From NCBI GenBank assembly GCA_013239625.1, contig MU053431.1, positions 2,632,485 through 2,696,484 on the forward strand: DNA of 64,000 bases, in the 5' to 3' direction. Every line of letters begins with the position of its first letter. Within the stretch, counting starts at the first letter, position 1. The position numbers were made by a program, and so were the translations under genes. Source of the DNA: Lama guanicoe. Its lineage: Eukaryota. The notes beneath the pieces are model-generated. The model searched no databases. It was not told the DNA's origin and saw only the letters and a list, made by a program, of their open reading frames with translations. Positions 48,780 to 60,900 of this stretch are shown here, one piece after another.

Positions 48780-49160
48780 CTCAGTTGTGGCTTGGGGGTG
48801 AGGCGGCCAGGACGCCCCGCCAGGTGAGCAGGCCTGTCCTCCGCAGCCCCAGCGAACCCTCCCCTGCCCGGCCTGCGCGGGGCGCGAGGCCAGGGGTTCG
48901 GCTGCGGTCGGAGATAAGCGCCGCACCAGCCGCTGCTTCCTGCGCTTCCTCGTACCGCTGCTGCCGCGGGCCCCTTCCTGTTTTCTCGCGCGGGCGGGCT
49001 GGGGCGTGGGGATGGGGCGGGGTCGTAGGGAACAGGGCGGGGTCCTGTGATACTGGGCAGTGCCGGACTGAGCGCGGGACTGTGGGGCACAGGGCGGGGT
49101 CGTGGGAGATAAAGCAAGGCTGGGCTTCCCTGGGAGGCTGAGCGCCGGGTGCAGAAGTAG
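48780..49160. promoter_or_regulatory. Small orphan CpG island with ETS/GATA/GC-box motifs
   Basis: Local CpG enrichment. AGATAA 48912, CTTCCT(G) at 48936, 48945 and 48974, and three GGGCGGGGTC copies at ~49014-49100. Confidence 0.55.
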
Positions 49161-49469
49161 AGGGGGTGGGAGGAAGCTGAGCGGGCCGTGCTCTGAAACA
49201 CAAAGGAGGAATCCCAGTGCTCCCCCCCCCCGCCCAGTTCTGGGCGGGGAACTCACACACACTGGGCCAAGACCCTCTGTGGACTGGACTGGAGCCTGTT
49301 CCTTGGGGCCCCTCCCCAGGTGGAGTGAGCTGAGGATTGAGTCTTGGTGTTGGGGGCCTCGCTGGGATTAGAAGTCCGCTGCTCTGACTTTTTTGGGTAA
49401 CTGCTCCAGCATATGGATTTAAGGCACTTAACCTATTTGCTCAGACTTAGAGATACAGATTTATGTTAC

Positions 49470-49930
49470 TTTAATGAAAACACATCCACATAAAACCTTG
49501 CACAGGAATGTTCATAAGAACACTAATCACAGCAGCCAAAATGCGGAGACAACCGTGTCCATCAGTTGACGAGTAGATAAATACACTAAGGTTTCTCCAC
49601 ACAATGGAATATAATTCAGCCCTTAAAAGGGACAAAGTAGTGATTTATGCTACAACATGGGTGAACCTTGAAGACATGATGCTCAGTAAGAGAAACCAGA
49701 CTCAAAAGGCCACTTACTGTGTGATTCCATTTATGTGGAACGTCCAGAACAGGCAAATCCACAGAGACAGAAAGCAGATGAGTGTTTCCCAGGGGCTGGG
49801 GGCAAGGAGGATGAGAACGAACAGCTAATGGAGATGAGTGTCTTTTTGGGCGTGATGGAAAAGCGCTAAAAACTAGTGGCCATAGTTGTGCAACCCTGTG
49901 ACTATATTAAAACCTGATGAATTGTCCACT
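49470..49930 (+). mobile_element. Old L1 (L1M-type) 3' fragment
   Basis: ORF 49604-49828 MEYNSALKR...ATTWVNLEDMMLSKRNQTQKATYCVIPF matches the L1 ORF2 C-terminus. Confidence 0.8.
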
Positions 49931-49944
49931 TAGAAGTGTATGTA

Positions 49945-50079
49945 GGGGGAGACTGCAGCTCAGTGGTAGAGTGGGTGCTTGGCATGTACGAGGTCCTGGG
50001 TTCAATCCCCAGCACCTCCATGAAAAAGAACAAAAAAAAAATAAACGAATGAATAAACCTAATTACCCCCCCCAAAAAC
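49945..50079 (+). mobile_element. tRNA-derived SINE (Vic-1-like) with TSD
   Basis: agctcagtggtagag..aggtcctgggttcaatccccagcacctcc plus A-rich tail. TSD gaagtgtatgta (49933-49944) and gaagtatatgta (50080-50091). Confidence 0.88.
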
Positions 50080-53007
50080 GAAGTATATGTAGGGTTTGTA
50101 GGATATGAGCTGAGTGGCTGGACTGTCCAGTGTTTGTCCAGTTGAGTGGACAGTTGGGTCCCTCCTTACCCACCCAGCACAGTGTTATTGGGGTCGGTGT
50201 ATGAGTGCAGCCTTGGTCCTGGTGTGGTGTGTGGCTGGTTGTGTGTGGTATTCCTGAGGGTGTCTGAAGTGATGACTGTGTCTACTAGGGAGAGAGGTAG
50301 ACCCTACCTGCTTTCAGCAGCCCCTCCCTGACTTCCTCCTCAGGGTGGCTTGCTGGGGAGGGTTCAGCACCTCAGCTCAGGTCACTCCAGGGCCAGGCTG
50401 GGTCCTGGGTGTGGGAGCTGGGGCTCATGCCAGGCAGGGCTGCTAGAACTTCCCGCCAGGAGCTAGGTCGCCTGGGGCTGTTCCTGGCGGGCCTGACTCA
50501 GCGGGAGCTGGGGGTGGGGACTTCCCTTCTCTGACCCTAAGGGAAGCAGGTGGGCGGAGCCAGGAGGGGGAGGGGGTGTAAGGGGACGCCTGACCCAGGG
50601 CTGGAACCAGCCAGGCCCTGGGGCCCTTGGTCCTGCCCAAGAGGGCTGTCCAGTCCAGCAGGGGCAGAGCCAGGTCCTTTGGGGAGCTCCCCAGGCAGGG
50701 TGTCCTGGGAGGGACCTATTGAAAACAGCCACCCTCTGTGAGTGTGCGCACGTGTCCTGGCCTGATCCTGCTCTTGGATGCCCCTAGCCCCAAATTGGGC
50801 CCCCCTGGGGGAAGGGCTTCTGGAGGGCAAGCCACTCTGCCCCTCCCTACTGGCGCAGTGGGGCCTGTGCCAGCCTGAGGTACCTTGTGGTCCCCATCCC
50901 CCGACCTGAGGGTGGGGTGGGGTGAGGTGCTCAGAATGATGTTAGAAGATTGACCCACGAGAGACAGACAGCCACGTCTGCCTGTCTGCTGCCTTTCTCT
51001 GGGTGTGTCAGTGGGTGTCTCTGGGCTGGGGGCACAGGTGGGTTCAGACAGGGAGGCCGTTCACATGGCCTAGGCTGTAGGAGAGGCTGGGCTGGTCCTC
51101 CCTTTCCCTGGCCTTGGGTTGGGTGGGTAGGGTGAGGGGATGGGAGGATCCACACCTGGGGCAGAGGTTCCTGGACTCTGGCTGTGATGGTCCCATCCTG
51201 CAGAGGCTGTCCCCACGGCGGTGGGGGGTGGACCCCCAGGACCCAAGGAGTGGGTCACCCGGCCCCTCACCAGGGGCTGGCCCAGAGTGGGAGTCGGGGG
51301 CCCTGAGCTGGGTGTGTGCACTCTTGAGTGCTGGGGGCCTTCATGCTCGAGGCCAGGACTCAGCACTGGTGCCTCAGAGCCCCCCATGATGGATGTGGCT
51401 GGATGGACCACCCTCATCCCTTTGTGCCTCATTCCTGCCCCCTCCTGTGGACCAGCCCTGTCCTTGGTGTCCGTGGGCTGTTTCTGTCTTTCCGTCTGCC
51501 CACCCAGGACTGCTCTCTCCGAATCCATATCCTGCCCTCCTCAGCTTGGTTGTTTCTGTCCCTGTATGTGTGTCTTACTGTGTCCCTTTGTCTTTGAGGT
51601 TTCTGGGTCCTGCTCACAAAGGGATGGGGGATAGGGGCCCAGGTGCCACTCTCCCACTCCGCCAGCTGAGGTGTGGGGCTTGTGAGTTAACACAGAGCTG
51701 ATGTCACCTGGTCTCTGAGAGGCAGGACACCTATAGAAACAGCCCCACACCCAGTTCACCTCTCCACATGCTCAGGCAGCAGGCCCACGTGCGTGGACAT
51801 CCAGGCTTACACACAAGCACCTGCACACCCATGTGCACACACACAGCCTCAGACATACTCGGTGTCACACGGTCACCCTGATGGCTGGGCATGATGAGTC
51901 ACACGATCACAATGTCACCACAACACAGCCATGCTTGGAGCCTCATGTGCTCACACGTGTCATCAGATTCAGGCTCACTGCAGGCCCAGAGCAGCACACA
52001 GCACCTCCGTGTCTCAGTCACCCAAGTCCCAGGGGAAAGCACTGCACATCGGGGGTGTCAGAGGTCAGCTGGACCCCATATGCTATGGGGGGTGGGAGCC
52101 GGGACTGAGGGACACATGACCCCGCCTCTTGGCTGAGAAGACCTGTCGGGTCCTGAGACATGTGTGAGTGTGCAGAGGGCTCACTCAGGACCCTGTCCCA
52201 GGAAAGAAGAACCGCCCAAGATGATTGTTGTGAACTTCCCCTGCGCCCATGGGCTCCCTAGTGAGGGGGACCAAGGAGGCACGTGGAAAGAGGGTGTCCA
52301 GTCCTGCTGGGAGGGCCAAAGGGCAGTGTGCTGTGTTCCAGGGTAGGAGGCTTGAGATGTGAGGCCTGAGCCCCTTGCTCTGGTCAACGACTCTGTGTCT
52401 CTGGGCAGAGCCTGGACAGATCACCCTGGGGAGCATCGTGGGTTTGTCATGGTGCTGCCCTCTCTGGGGACATTAGGTTGAGATTAATGGATGGGGGCTC
52501 TAGGATGTTATGTCTACATACAAGGTCAACCCCTCCAGCCTCCTTGGGAGAGCAGCACTGTCAGGGCAGTAGGGCAGAGGGGCAGTCGCTGGGCTTGAAG
52601 GAAGTTCTAAGGAGGAGACGAGGAGGATTAGACCTGGGTCGGGGGTGAGACAGGAGAGGAATGAGGGCTGGGAGGGTGCGGGGGGGGGCCCACACTTCCT
52701 GCCTCCCACCCACTCTGTCTAGGGTCGAGTCCTGTAAGGATGGAGCAGTGCGTGGTCCATGCTGGGAGTTGGGCTCTCTGAGGGAGATCTGGAGGGAAGG
52801 ACACGTACAGGGCCCTTGGGGGAAGTGTTCCTCCCTCCCTGACAACCACAGACACGGGAGTTCAGAGGAAAATGTGGCGCTTTATCGTGGCCGCGCCTGG
52901 CCCCCGGGGACCCGACTCCCAGCTCTTGCTTTACAGCAAACGTTATTTTAAAAGCCCGCTACATTGGTGCTGATCACTGAAACCTCTTGGGAGAAAAGGT
53001 TTAAAAG

Positions 53008-53013
53008 TTTAAT
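53008..53013 (-). terminator. Candidate SOX18 polyadenylation signal (ATTAAA on - strand)
   Basis: TTTAAT on the + strand in the AT-rich 3' UTR, about 310 nt past the stop. Confidence 0.5.
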
Positions 53014-53179
53014 TAAAAATTAAATATATTGTTTTCTGTATATAAAAAAAGGTAAAGTAAAAAATACAGCCTGGTTCTAGAAAATACACTGCAAGAAAAG
53101 GATGAGGCGCTTCAAAAACTTAACCTGTCCTAGGCCTGGGCTTCCTGGGAGAACCCTGGGACAAGTGGGAGCCACCCCT

Positions 53180-54900
53180 GCAGGCCGCCCTGGGCGGGTG
53201 GCCAAGCACCAACCTCGCTGGTTCCCGCGGGCCTGCTACAAGCAGCGGCGTCAGACACCTGTGAGAGAGACAGAGTGGTGATGCACGGCGACACCAGCGC
53301 GCGCCGGGCGGCCGGCGGCCTAGCCGGAGATGCACGCGCTGTAGTAGACGGCAGAGCTGGCGTCGGACAGCGCAGCGATCAGGCTGCTCTCCTCCGGGCA
53401 GGACATGGCGCGCGGGCCCAGCTTGGCCAGCGCCACGTGGTACGGGAGCCCGGCGGCATCGGGTCGAGTCCGGCTGCAGTTGAGGTACTGGTCGAACTCG
53501 GTGAGGTCCACGTCGGCCCACAGGTCGGCGGTGGGACCCAGCGGCTCGGCGCCCTCCAGAGGCGGGGCCTCGGGCGGCGGGGACAGCGGGCCGGGGTACG
53601 GGCTCGGGCCGGGCGCGCCCAGGGCGCCGTAGTAGAGGCCGGAGAGCGGCGCGGCGGGGGCGGGCGCGGTCCTGAGCGCCTCGGCCAGGGGCGCCCCGTA
53701 GCAGCCGCCCGGGTCCCGGGGCAACTCGGCGGTGGCGTAGGGCGCGCGGAAGGGTCGCAGCGCGCAGTCCTCGGGCGCCGCAGGCGGAGGGAAGAAAGCG
53801 GCGTCGCCGGGCTCCAGGCCGTCCAGCGGCGAGCGCTCGGGCGTGGGCAGCCCAAGGCCGTCGAACTCAGCGCCCAACGGGGGCAGCTCGCGGAAGGCAC
53901 GGGCTGCGCCAGTCGCCACGGGGAAGGGCTCGGGCGGCGGCGGCGGCGGCGGGGGCGCCAGGCCCGGGAGCAGGAGGCCGGGCTCCGGCCGCCGGGCCTT
54001 GCGCGCCTGCTTCTTGCGGCGCGGCCGGTACTTGTAGTTGGGGTGGTCGCGCAGGTGTTGCACACGCAGCCGTTCCGCCTCCTCCACGAAGGGCCGCTTC
54101 TCCGCGGTGCTCAGCTCCTTCCACGCCTTGCCTGCGGGCCACCGGCGCGGGTCAGCAGGCTGCCGTCGGGCGGGCGGGCGGCCGAGCGCAGCGTGTGCCC
54201 TGGCCCACCCCTGCGCGAGGTACCCCGCCCAGCCTGCCCGCCCGCGCCACTCACCTAGCATCTTGCTGAGCACCGCGTTGTGCAGGTCCGGGTTCTGCTG
54301 TGCCAGCCGCTTGCGCTCGTCCTTCGCCCACACCATGAAGGCGTTCATGGGCCGCCGGATGCGTGACTCGTCAGCCGCCTGGCGCTCCCCGCGGCCGGCC
54401 GGGCTGAGGCCATAGCGCCCCGGCTCAGGGCTCCGCGGCGGGCTGCGCGGCGGGCTGGGCCGCGCAGCGACGGGCGCGGCGAGGGCGGCGGGGGCGGCGG
54501 AGAGGCCGCGCTGCTCAGCGGCGGCCCCGGATCCCGGGGCCCATGCACAGTCGCGGCGGGCTGGCGGGTCGTCTTGTGCGCCGTAGCCGGGCGGCGATCT
54601 CTGCATTCCAGCTGGGCGCGGCTTGGTCGGAATGGAGCGCGGGAGCGCGGAGAGTGGGCGGCGGTCGGGGCGGCTGTGGGGACGGCGGTGGCCTCGCGCC
54701 GGGTGCGCACCCAGATATAGCGGCGCGGGGCCAATAGGCGGGGCGGGGCGGGCCTAGGCTGCCCCCTCCTCCTGGGGGCTCCCTTTCTTCTCCGCCCGGC
54801 AGGATTCCGCTGGGGCCTCCTAGGCACGGCGACGCCAGCATCCTCCCCAAAGAAGAGACCCCCGAGTGGCAAAGGGCGGCTGATATGGCCTGAAGCTTGG
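53180..54900. promoter_or_regulatory. SOX18 CpG island and proximal promoter
   Basis: Dense CpG across the gene. TATA-like CTATATC (54714-54720, - strand), CCAAT 54731-54735 and tandem GC boxes ~54737-54752. Confidence 0.8.
53320..54606 (-). CDS. SOX18: Transcription factor SOX-18 (SoxF HMG box). Exons 54255-54606 and 53320-54131; 387 aa
   Basis: [23 protein letters not shown] box [44 protein letters not shown]...[12 protein letters not shown]; SoxF motif [10 protein letters not shown]-terminus [10 protein letters not shown]. Intron G|GTGAGT...CAG|GC. Confidence 0.99.
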   Translation of the reverse strand: MQRSPPGYGAQDDPPARRDCAWAPGSGAAAEQRGLSAAPAALAAPVAARPSPPRSPPRSPEPGRYGLSPAGRGERQAADESRIRRPMNAFMVWAKDERKRLAQQNPDLHNAVLSKMLGEWRGRAGWAGYLAQGWARAHAALGRPPARRQPADPRRWPAGKAWKELSTAEKRPFVEEAERLRVQHLRDHPNYKYRPRRKKQARKARRPEPGLLLPGLAPPPPPPPPEPFPVATGAARAFRELPPLGAEFDGLGLPTPERSPLDGLEPGDAAFFPPPAAPEDCALRPFRAPYATAELPRDPGGCYGAPLAEALRTAPAPAAPLSGLYYGALGAPGPSPYPGPLSPPPEAPPLEGAEPLGPTADLWADVDLTEFDQYLNCSRTRPDAAGLPYHVALAKLGPRAMSCPEESSLIAALSDASSAVYYSACISG

Positions 54901-57900
54901 AAGGGGGCGTGTTCATGGGGCGGTCAGACTTTCAGAGACGAGCTGCCCCCCACCCAGAGTCAGACCCCCTACCGGTAACTGGGGGAGGCTGCCTCCCCAA
55001 CAGAGTCTAACTCCGAGGGCAGGACGCCTTGGGAAAAGTGCCCTGTGTCCTGGGGGAGCTGCCCTGGATAACCCCAGGGCGTCATGCTTCTCCATCCTCC
55101 AGCCACACGTGGAACTTGCAGCACTGGGGGCTTCGAGCCCCCCGCAGGCCTGTTCATGGGGTTAAAGGGAAAGATGATCTTGGCATGACCCCGCCCCTAC
55201 TCCCGAACTGATGGGAACCAGGTGGGCCACAGCTGCGTACCACCGGGAGGGAGAAGGTAGATGCTCTGGACCCATGCCAGAGCCAGAGGGGAGGGATCTA
55301 GAGTGGGTGGAGCCCCAGGTCCCACCCTCCTCCCCAGGGCCGGTTGGGACCAGTAGCAACTGAGTTCCCCTGTGCAGCGGGGCCCGCGCTGCTGCAAAAG
55401 AGCAAGCCTGGACCCCGGGTTCCGGCAGGTGGGGGGAAAGGGGCCATCAGACCTGGGAGGGTGTCCAGAGGAGCTTCCAGCCTCCTTGCAGTTGCCTCCC
55501 CACCAGGGGTCTGGGCTACAGAAACTGAAAGGTCTCTCCTGGGGCAGTCTCCTTCCCAGTCCCTTCCTGCGGTGGGTGGTTCTGCTAGAGGTGGGACGAG
55601 TGCCCTCAGCAGCCCTGGGGAGGGATCAGTTTTCCCTCCCGCACATCCATTGGTGGCCTGGGAGGAGCCCCACCCCTCAAGTGCGGGGAGCTCCATGGTG
55701 CGTGGCCACAGGTGTCGGTGACCCTGGGTCTGTGTGGCCAGAGGCTCTCAGTACTCTGTCCCTGGTAGTCCCTTTAGGCCACGTACAGTCAGTGCTTGGG
55801 AAGGGGGTGAGTCCCCTGTGGATCCTACAGCTCCCCTCTCCCGTATCTGCTCCTGAGCTGTCCTGGGGAGAGGCCAGTGCCCCACAGGGGTTCTCACACG
55901 GACACCGTTGGGTGTGCGCCCTGTCCCCAGGTCAGGTTTTTCATGTAGGGTTGGTTCCAGACTAGTTTCCAGATCTCCCAGGCCTGAGCGCCTAATTCAC
56001 TGATTCAGCCCACACTGGTGTACTGGGGCAGTCAAAGTGGCTTCTCTTGGGTCTAGAAGGGAAGACTGACTTTTTCTGGGAGGCAGACAAGAATGGGGGG
56101 CCCTGGGGGACAGGTGTACAGGCCTCTCCCCCGGGGCCAGCTCCCCTTTGACCGCTGTGGGTGGCTGGGTGGGCCGAGCAGCCTGCAGGGATTGTGGGGA
56201 GAGATGAGTGAGGAAGACTCTAGGCTAAAGGATGGGGCCAAGGGGCGGGTGCTTAGCAGAGGTTACTTCTCCCTGCAGCCTTCTGGGTGGCCTGGGGACG
56301 CCAGGGACTGGTTCAGCCTGGGCAGCAGCTAACCTGGGATGAGGATCACTGGGTTTGGGAAGGAGGCCTCCAGGGTCCTCCACTGCTGCCCCCTACCGTG
56401 GGATGGAGTTTTGCTTCCCCTAGGGGCCCCTGACAGCCCAGAGTTGTTCAAGCTGGGAGCCTAGTGGCGGGCAGTGCCCAGAACTACCTAACCCCAGATG
56501 GCTCCAGCCCTCTTGGCTAAGCTGTGGGACTCAAGGGTCTGGCTGTCACGTCCTGTGGGCTGGGGCTGGGCAAGGCAAGGGCGAGCCTCCTGGGGTAACT
56601 CCTCATCTCTGGGTCAGGTACCCTCCCCTGTGCGCTGTCTGGCAGGGGTGCTAATGGTGGCTGTAGCCCACTGTCCAGACAGGAGAACGACGGGGTGGGA
56701 GCTGCAGTCAGGGTGGCCCTGACCTGGGAACCTCAGGGCCAAGGGTACTCCCCAGGGCTGCAGGAGGGCTGGCGAGGGTGGGGCCGGCTGTGCCTCAGAG
56801 GTGTGTGTCTGCATCTGTGTGTGGCCTGTGTGTATGTATCTGCCTGGGTGTGAGGGTGAAACAGGTCAGAGTCCCACTAGGAGCAGAATGGAGGCTGTGG
56901 CTCTCAATATCCACCACGGGAGGGTTCCCACGATTTCTCTGGCTGCCAAGCTGTGGCCCCGACTTCATCCACAGTGGAGGTGATTCAGAGTCTGGGGTGT
57001 TCCTATGTCTTCAGGACCACCTCAGGCTGGCCTGGTCCAGGTCTGTTGCCACCCACCCTTGAGGGGGCCCTGTCTGCAGCCCCCATTTCCCTGGACAGAA
57101 GGTAGTATGGAGGGCAAGCTTGCGCTGTGAGTGAGGGCTGGCCTGGGTGGCCAGTGGACACTGCCTTCCTGGCCCTCTGCCTACTGCCTCCCTCAGCCTA
57201 GACCAGACCCCCAGGCTCCAGGCAAAGCCCACAAAGGATGCTGGGAAATCCCTCAGTGACTCTGGGTGGGGGATTGGCTGGGCTCTGGGGGTGGCAGACC
57301 TCCCAGGCGCTGCCCGGGGCATAGACCTCACAGGATCCCACCCGCCCAGCCCCGGCTGCTGCCGGAGCAGCCGGGGCTGGGACCAATTACTGAGTCCCGC
57401 AGGGCTAGACCCTCCTGCTCCCAGAGGTGGGGGTGGGGTCCAGGTGGAGAGGACTCTCTGGTCTCCTGACACCTCAGCTCTGGAGCCAGGCTGCCCATTT
57501 CAGACCCTACCTTGTGGTCCTGGAGGCCAGGGCTCCAGGCCCAGCCTGGGTCCTCCTGCTCATCCTTGAGGCTGCTCCAAGGACTGGAGGAGGGTGGGGT
57601 GGGGATGAGGATTCTGGGGAGGCTGTCCAAAGGCCTAGAACCAAGCTGACACACGTGTGTGCACAGTGCAGGCATGTCTCACAGGGACAGGCCTGGTGCA
57701 GGTGGACCCTGGGGCTCGTGCCTGGGGACAGCTGACTTGCCTGGCCCCATGCCTTCCTGCTCTTGGTCCTGGGTGCTGGGCCTGGTATGCAGAGAGCTGC
57801 TGGGCTTCCCAAGCACCATGGGCCTCACTCCTGGGAAAGGGCGGCTGGGGTAGAGCTGGAGAAAGCTGGCACGGTGCCCACACTTGCCAGGCGGTAGCTC

Positions 57901-60900
57901 TCACGAGTGCTGGGATCAGTGCACAATTTGCCCCTTTCCTGTGACATGGGAGTCCTGGGCAGGGCTGGGTGTGTGTGTGCTCGGTGGTGGTAGGGCTGTT
58001 ACTATAGGCGTCTTGGCTGCATGGAGAGGACAGTGCAGTTGCAAGTATAGGGGTGTCGTGCAAGAGTGGGGTCTGCCTTTTGTGTTTGGCTAGCAGGACC
58101 AAGAATGGGGCTTCTCTGGGTGGGAGGGCACAGGGCCTGGTGGGTGTGGAGGCCCTGAACGCAGCATGTGTAAGGAGGCCCCCAGTACGGTGGCCGCAGG
58201 GCAGATGAGCTGTGGACTGTCCAGTTCAGTCACTTGGGTGGGTCTCAGGTGCCACAGAGGCTGTTTCCAAATGCTGGGGATACTGTGCTGGACAAGAGTT
58301 GGGGTGTCCAGCTATGTGAGCCCCGGGGTGTTGGGGCCATGCGTGTCCTCGGGTGTTGCTGCGTCCTGTGTGGGCTCCACTTGGTGCTCAGCGGGGGCTC
58401 CGTGGGAACGGGGTGGGGGGGCCCAGGCTGCCCTAGGTTTCCACGGCAACAGCAGGGAGGAGCCAGGAAACACCAGCTCCGGAAGGAAGGCCACAGCTGT
58501 GAGGAGGGAGCCGAGGGCCAGCCTGGCTGAGCAGGCGCCAGACACTCTGTCTGTCTAGTTGTCCGGCCCGGCTGGTCGGTCAGGCCCAGTGCCCCTGCCC
58601 CCACTCTGCCCCCCAGACTCTCAGTCTGGGCTCTGGGGCAGCTGCTGGTAAGCCTGTATTCAGGTACCAGTGCCCGGGCCTGGGTCTGCAGGGGTCCTGG
58701 TGCCACTGGAGTTGTGCCCTGATCCCCCTTGGTGGCTCTTGGTGGAGCAGATGTGGCTCTCTGGGTGCCCTGCCTGGGGCCTGTGTTGACACACTTGGGT
58801 ATCCCAGCCCCTACCCTGCCCATGCTACCCTGGATGGGTCCCACCCCTCCCTCTCCTGCCAGGCTCTGGTGACAGTCTGCATGTGCCCTGCAAATCCTGG
58901 GAAGAAGGAGCAGAGACCCCTGGGGGGGGGGTCACTGGCCCAAAAGGCCCTGGTGGGCACTGCAGTGTAGGGTTTTTTGGCTGGTGCCCTGGCTTTGATA
59001 ACAAATGGCTTTGATGACCCAAGCAGCTGGGGCTGCCAGATGGGCTGGGAGGCAGACCTGTGTTCTTGGAGACCATCTACCCCTTCTTGCTCGGGGACAG
59101 GAATCATCCATCCTTCTGTCCCTCCGTCCACTGGACACTGACCCACCACGGATTGGGCCCCATTCCAGGAGGTAGGGATTTGGCAGCGAGCAGAACAGAC
59201 CCGAGTCCCTGCCCCTGCCCGTGGGAGAGAGACAATTAACAAGTCCGCAAACAGGCCAGGATACTGGGTGCCAGGCTGCTGCCAGCTGTGGGGGAGGGGG
59301 GCCACGTCAGGGTGCTCACTGCCTGTCCTTTCCTGAGGGGCTTGTGGGCCAACCCTGAAGGAAACGTGTGAAAGAGATGAGAAGATACACGGGAAACGTG
59401 TTTTTTTTGCAGGGGGAGCAGCATGGGCAAAGGTCCTGGGGCAGGGAAGTTTGCAGAAGGGAGGGGACGGCTGACGGGCTATGTGGGGCCTGGGAGGGTC
59501 TTGCTTTCTGACCTGAGGAAGACTCTGACTCGAGTGGGTTTTGAGCAGAGCAGGGTATTCTCTGACTTAGCTCTCTACAGCTTCAGTGCAGCTGCTACGT
59601 GGGGACCCTGTGCAGGCTGTAAGGGTGGAGTCACCAACTCCCTGCCAGGAGAGAAGGGCAGGGGTCTGCTCTGGGATTGAGGCCTGGCCAAGGTGACCTC
59701 CCAAGGTCTGGCTCCTCCTTGGTGATCCGCCTCTCCCAGGAGTTTTCTTTGTCTCCCTCCAGAGGTCAGGGCTGGGGTGCCTGGACCCCTGGGGAGGCAC
59801 TGCCTTAGGGACCCCTGTGAGTCAGATCGCCTGCTTTCACCGCAGCCCCTGGCCCTGCTGTCGCCTGGGGGCCTCTGGGGAGGGGGAGGGGAGGGTGGAG
59901 TGGCCGCCAGGCTGGCGGGCTGGCAGGGCAGGGAGGGCGGTGTTTCTGGGAATTGTGCAGGGGGAAGCGCATTGTTAGGGCTGCTGCTGGCCTCAGGGGG
60001 ACAGGCCGCCTGCCTCCCGCCCCCAAGCGCTGCCTCTAGGGGAGGGAGCTGGGCCTGGGCCAAGGCTGTAGGCTGGGCTGGGGACTTTCCGAGAGGCTGC
60101 CCTGGGCGAGCCATTCTCCCCATTCTGCAGACTGGGAGACTGAGGCCCAGAGAGAGGGCTGCTGCGCTGGCACATGGGACAGGGACTCTTGCTGGATCTA
60201 GTCCCCGGGGTCACTGCCCTGCCCGACCTCAGTGGCTGGGATCTGAGGGAGGCCTCAGTGGGGTTGGCTGGGGCCAGAACCCCACAGAGCCTCTGCGGTG
60301 GGGACCTGCAACCTCAGGGTGGGCTGGAGGGTCTGATGAAACGGGGTGCAGAAACAGCTGGGGGCCTGGGTTGGGGGACAGCTGTCCACGGGGTGGCAGG
60401 GGCTGGGTAGGGGTGTCTGGGGCTGCAAGAGCTCCCTGCCCCTGGGGCCAGGGGAAGTGGGGGTGGGGGCTCCATGTGAGTTTGGCAGCACTGGCCTTCC
60501 CACCGAGCCCCTTTCCTCAGCCAGAAGGGAAGCATGGGTCCGACCTGCTGGGGTCAGGGCTGACTTTGGGCAGGTGAGCAGTCGAGGACACAAACAGAAA
60601 AATAAATGGCCTGACCTTCCGACATTTCCATGGACTGAGGACTGGGGAGGCGCCGGCCTCTGGGCTAAAGGTGCAGCCAATCCCATGTGTGACGGATCCT
60701 GGGGGTGTTGTTGGGGTGTCCCCAGACCCCTGTTGGGGCTTTGTCTGCCCCTTCAGAGCTCCCAGGAACGGGCCAGGTCCCCTGCAGAGCGGGGCTCCTG
60801 ACAGCAGCCCCATATCTCTCTCTCCGTAAAGGGGTCAAATATGGAGGACCCTGAGGGAGGGGACCCCACCCCTAAGGAGGTGCTGGGGCTGGGGGTCCAC

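Noticed and set aside
49945..50020. tRNA-like sequence with A and B boxes
   Set aside because: SINE head with A-rich tail and TSD, not a genuine tRNA gene. The same applies to the other copies.
53275..54258. 327-aa + strand ORF antisense to SOX18
   Set aside because: Shadow ORF from extreme GC codon usage of SOX18; no domain.
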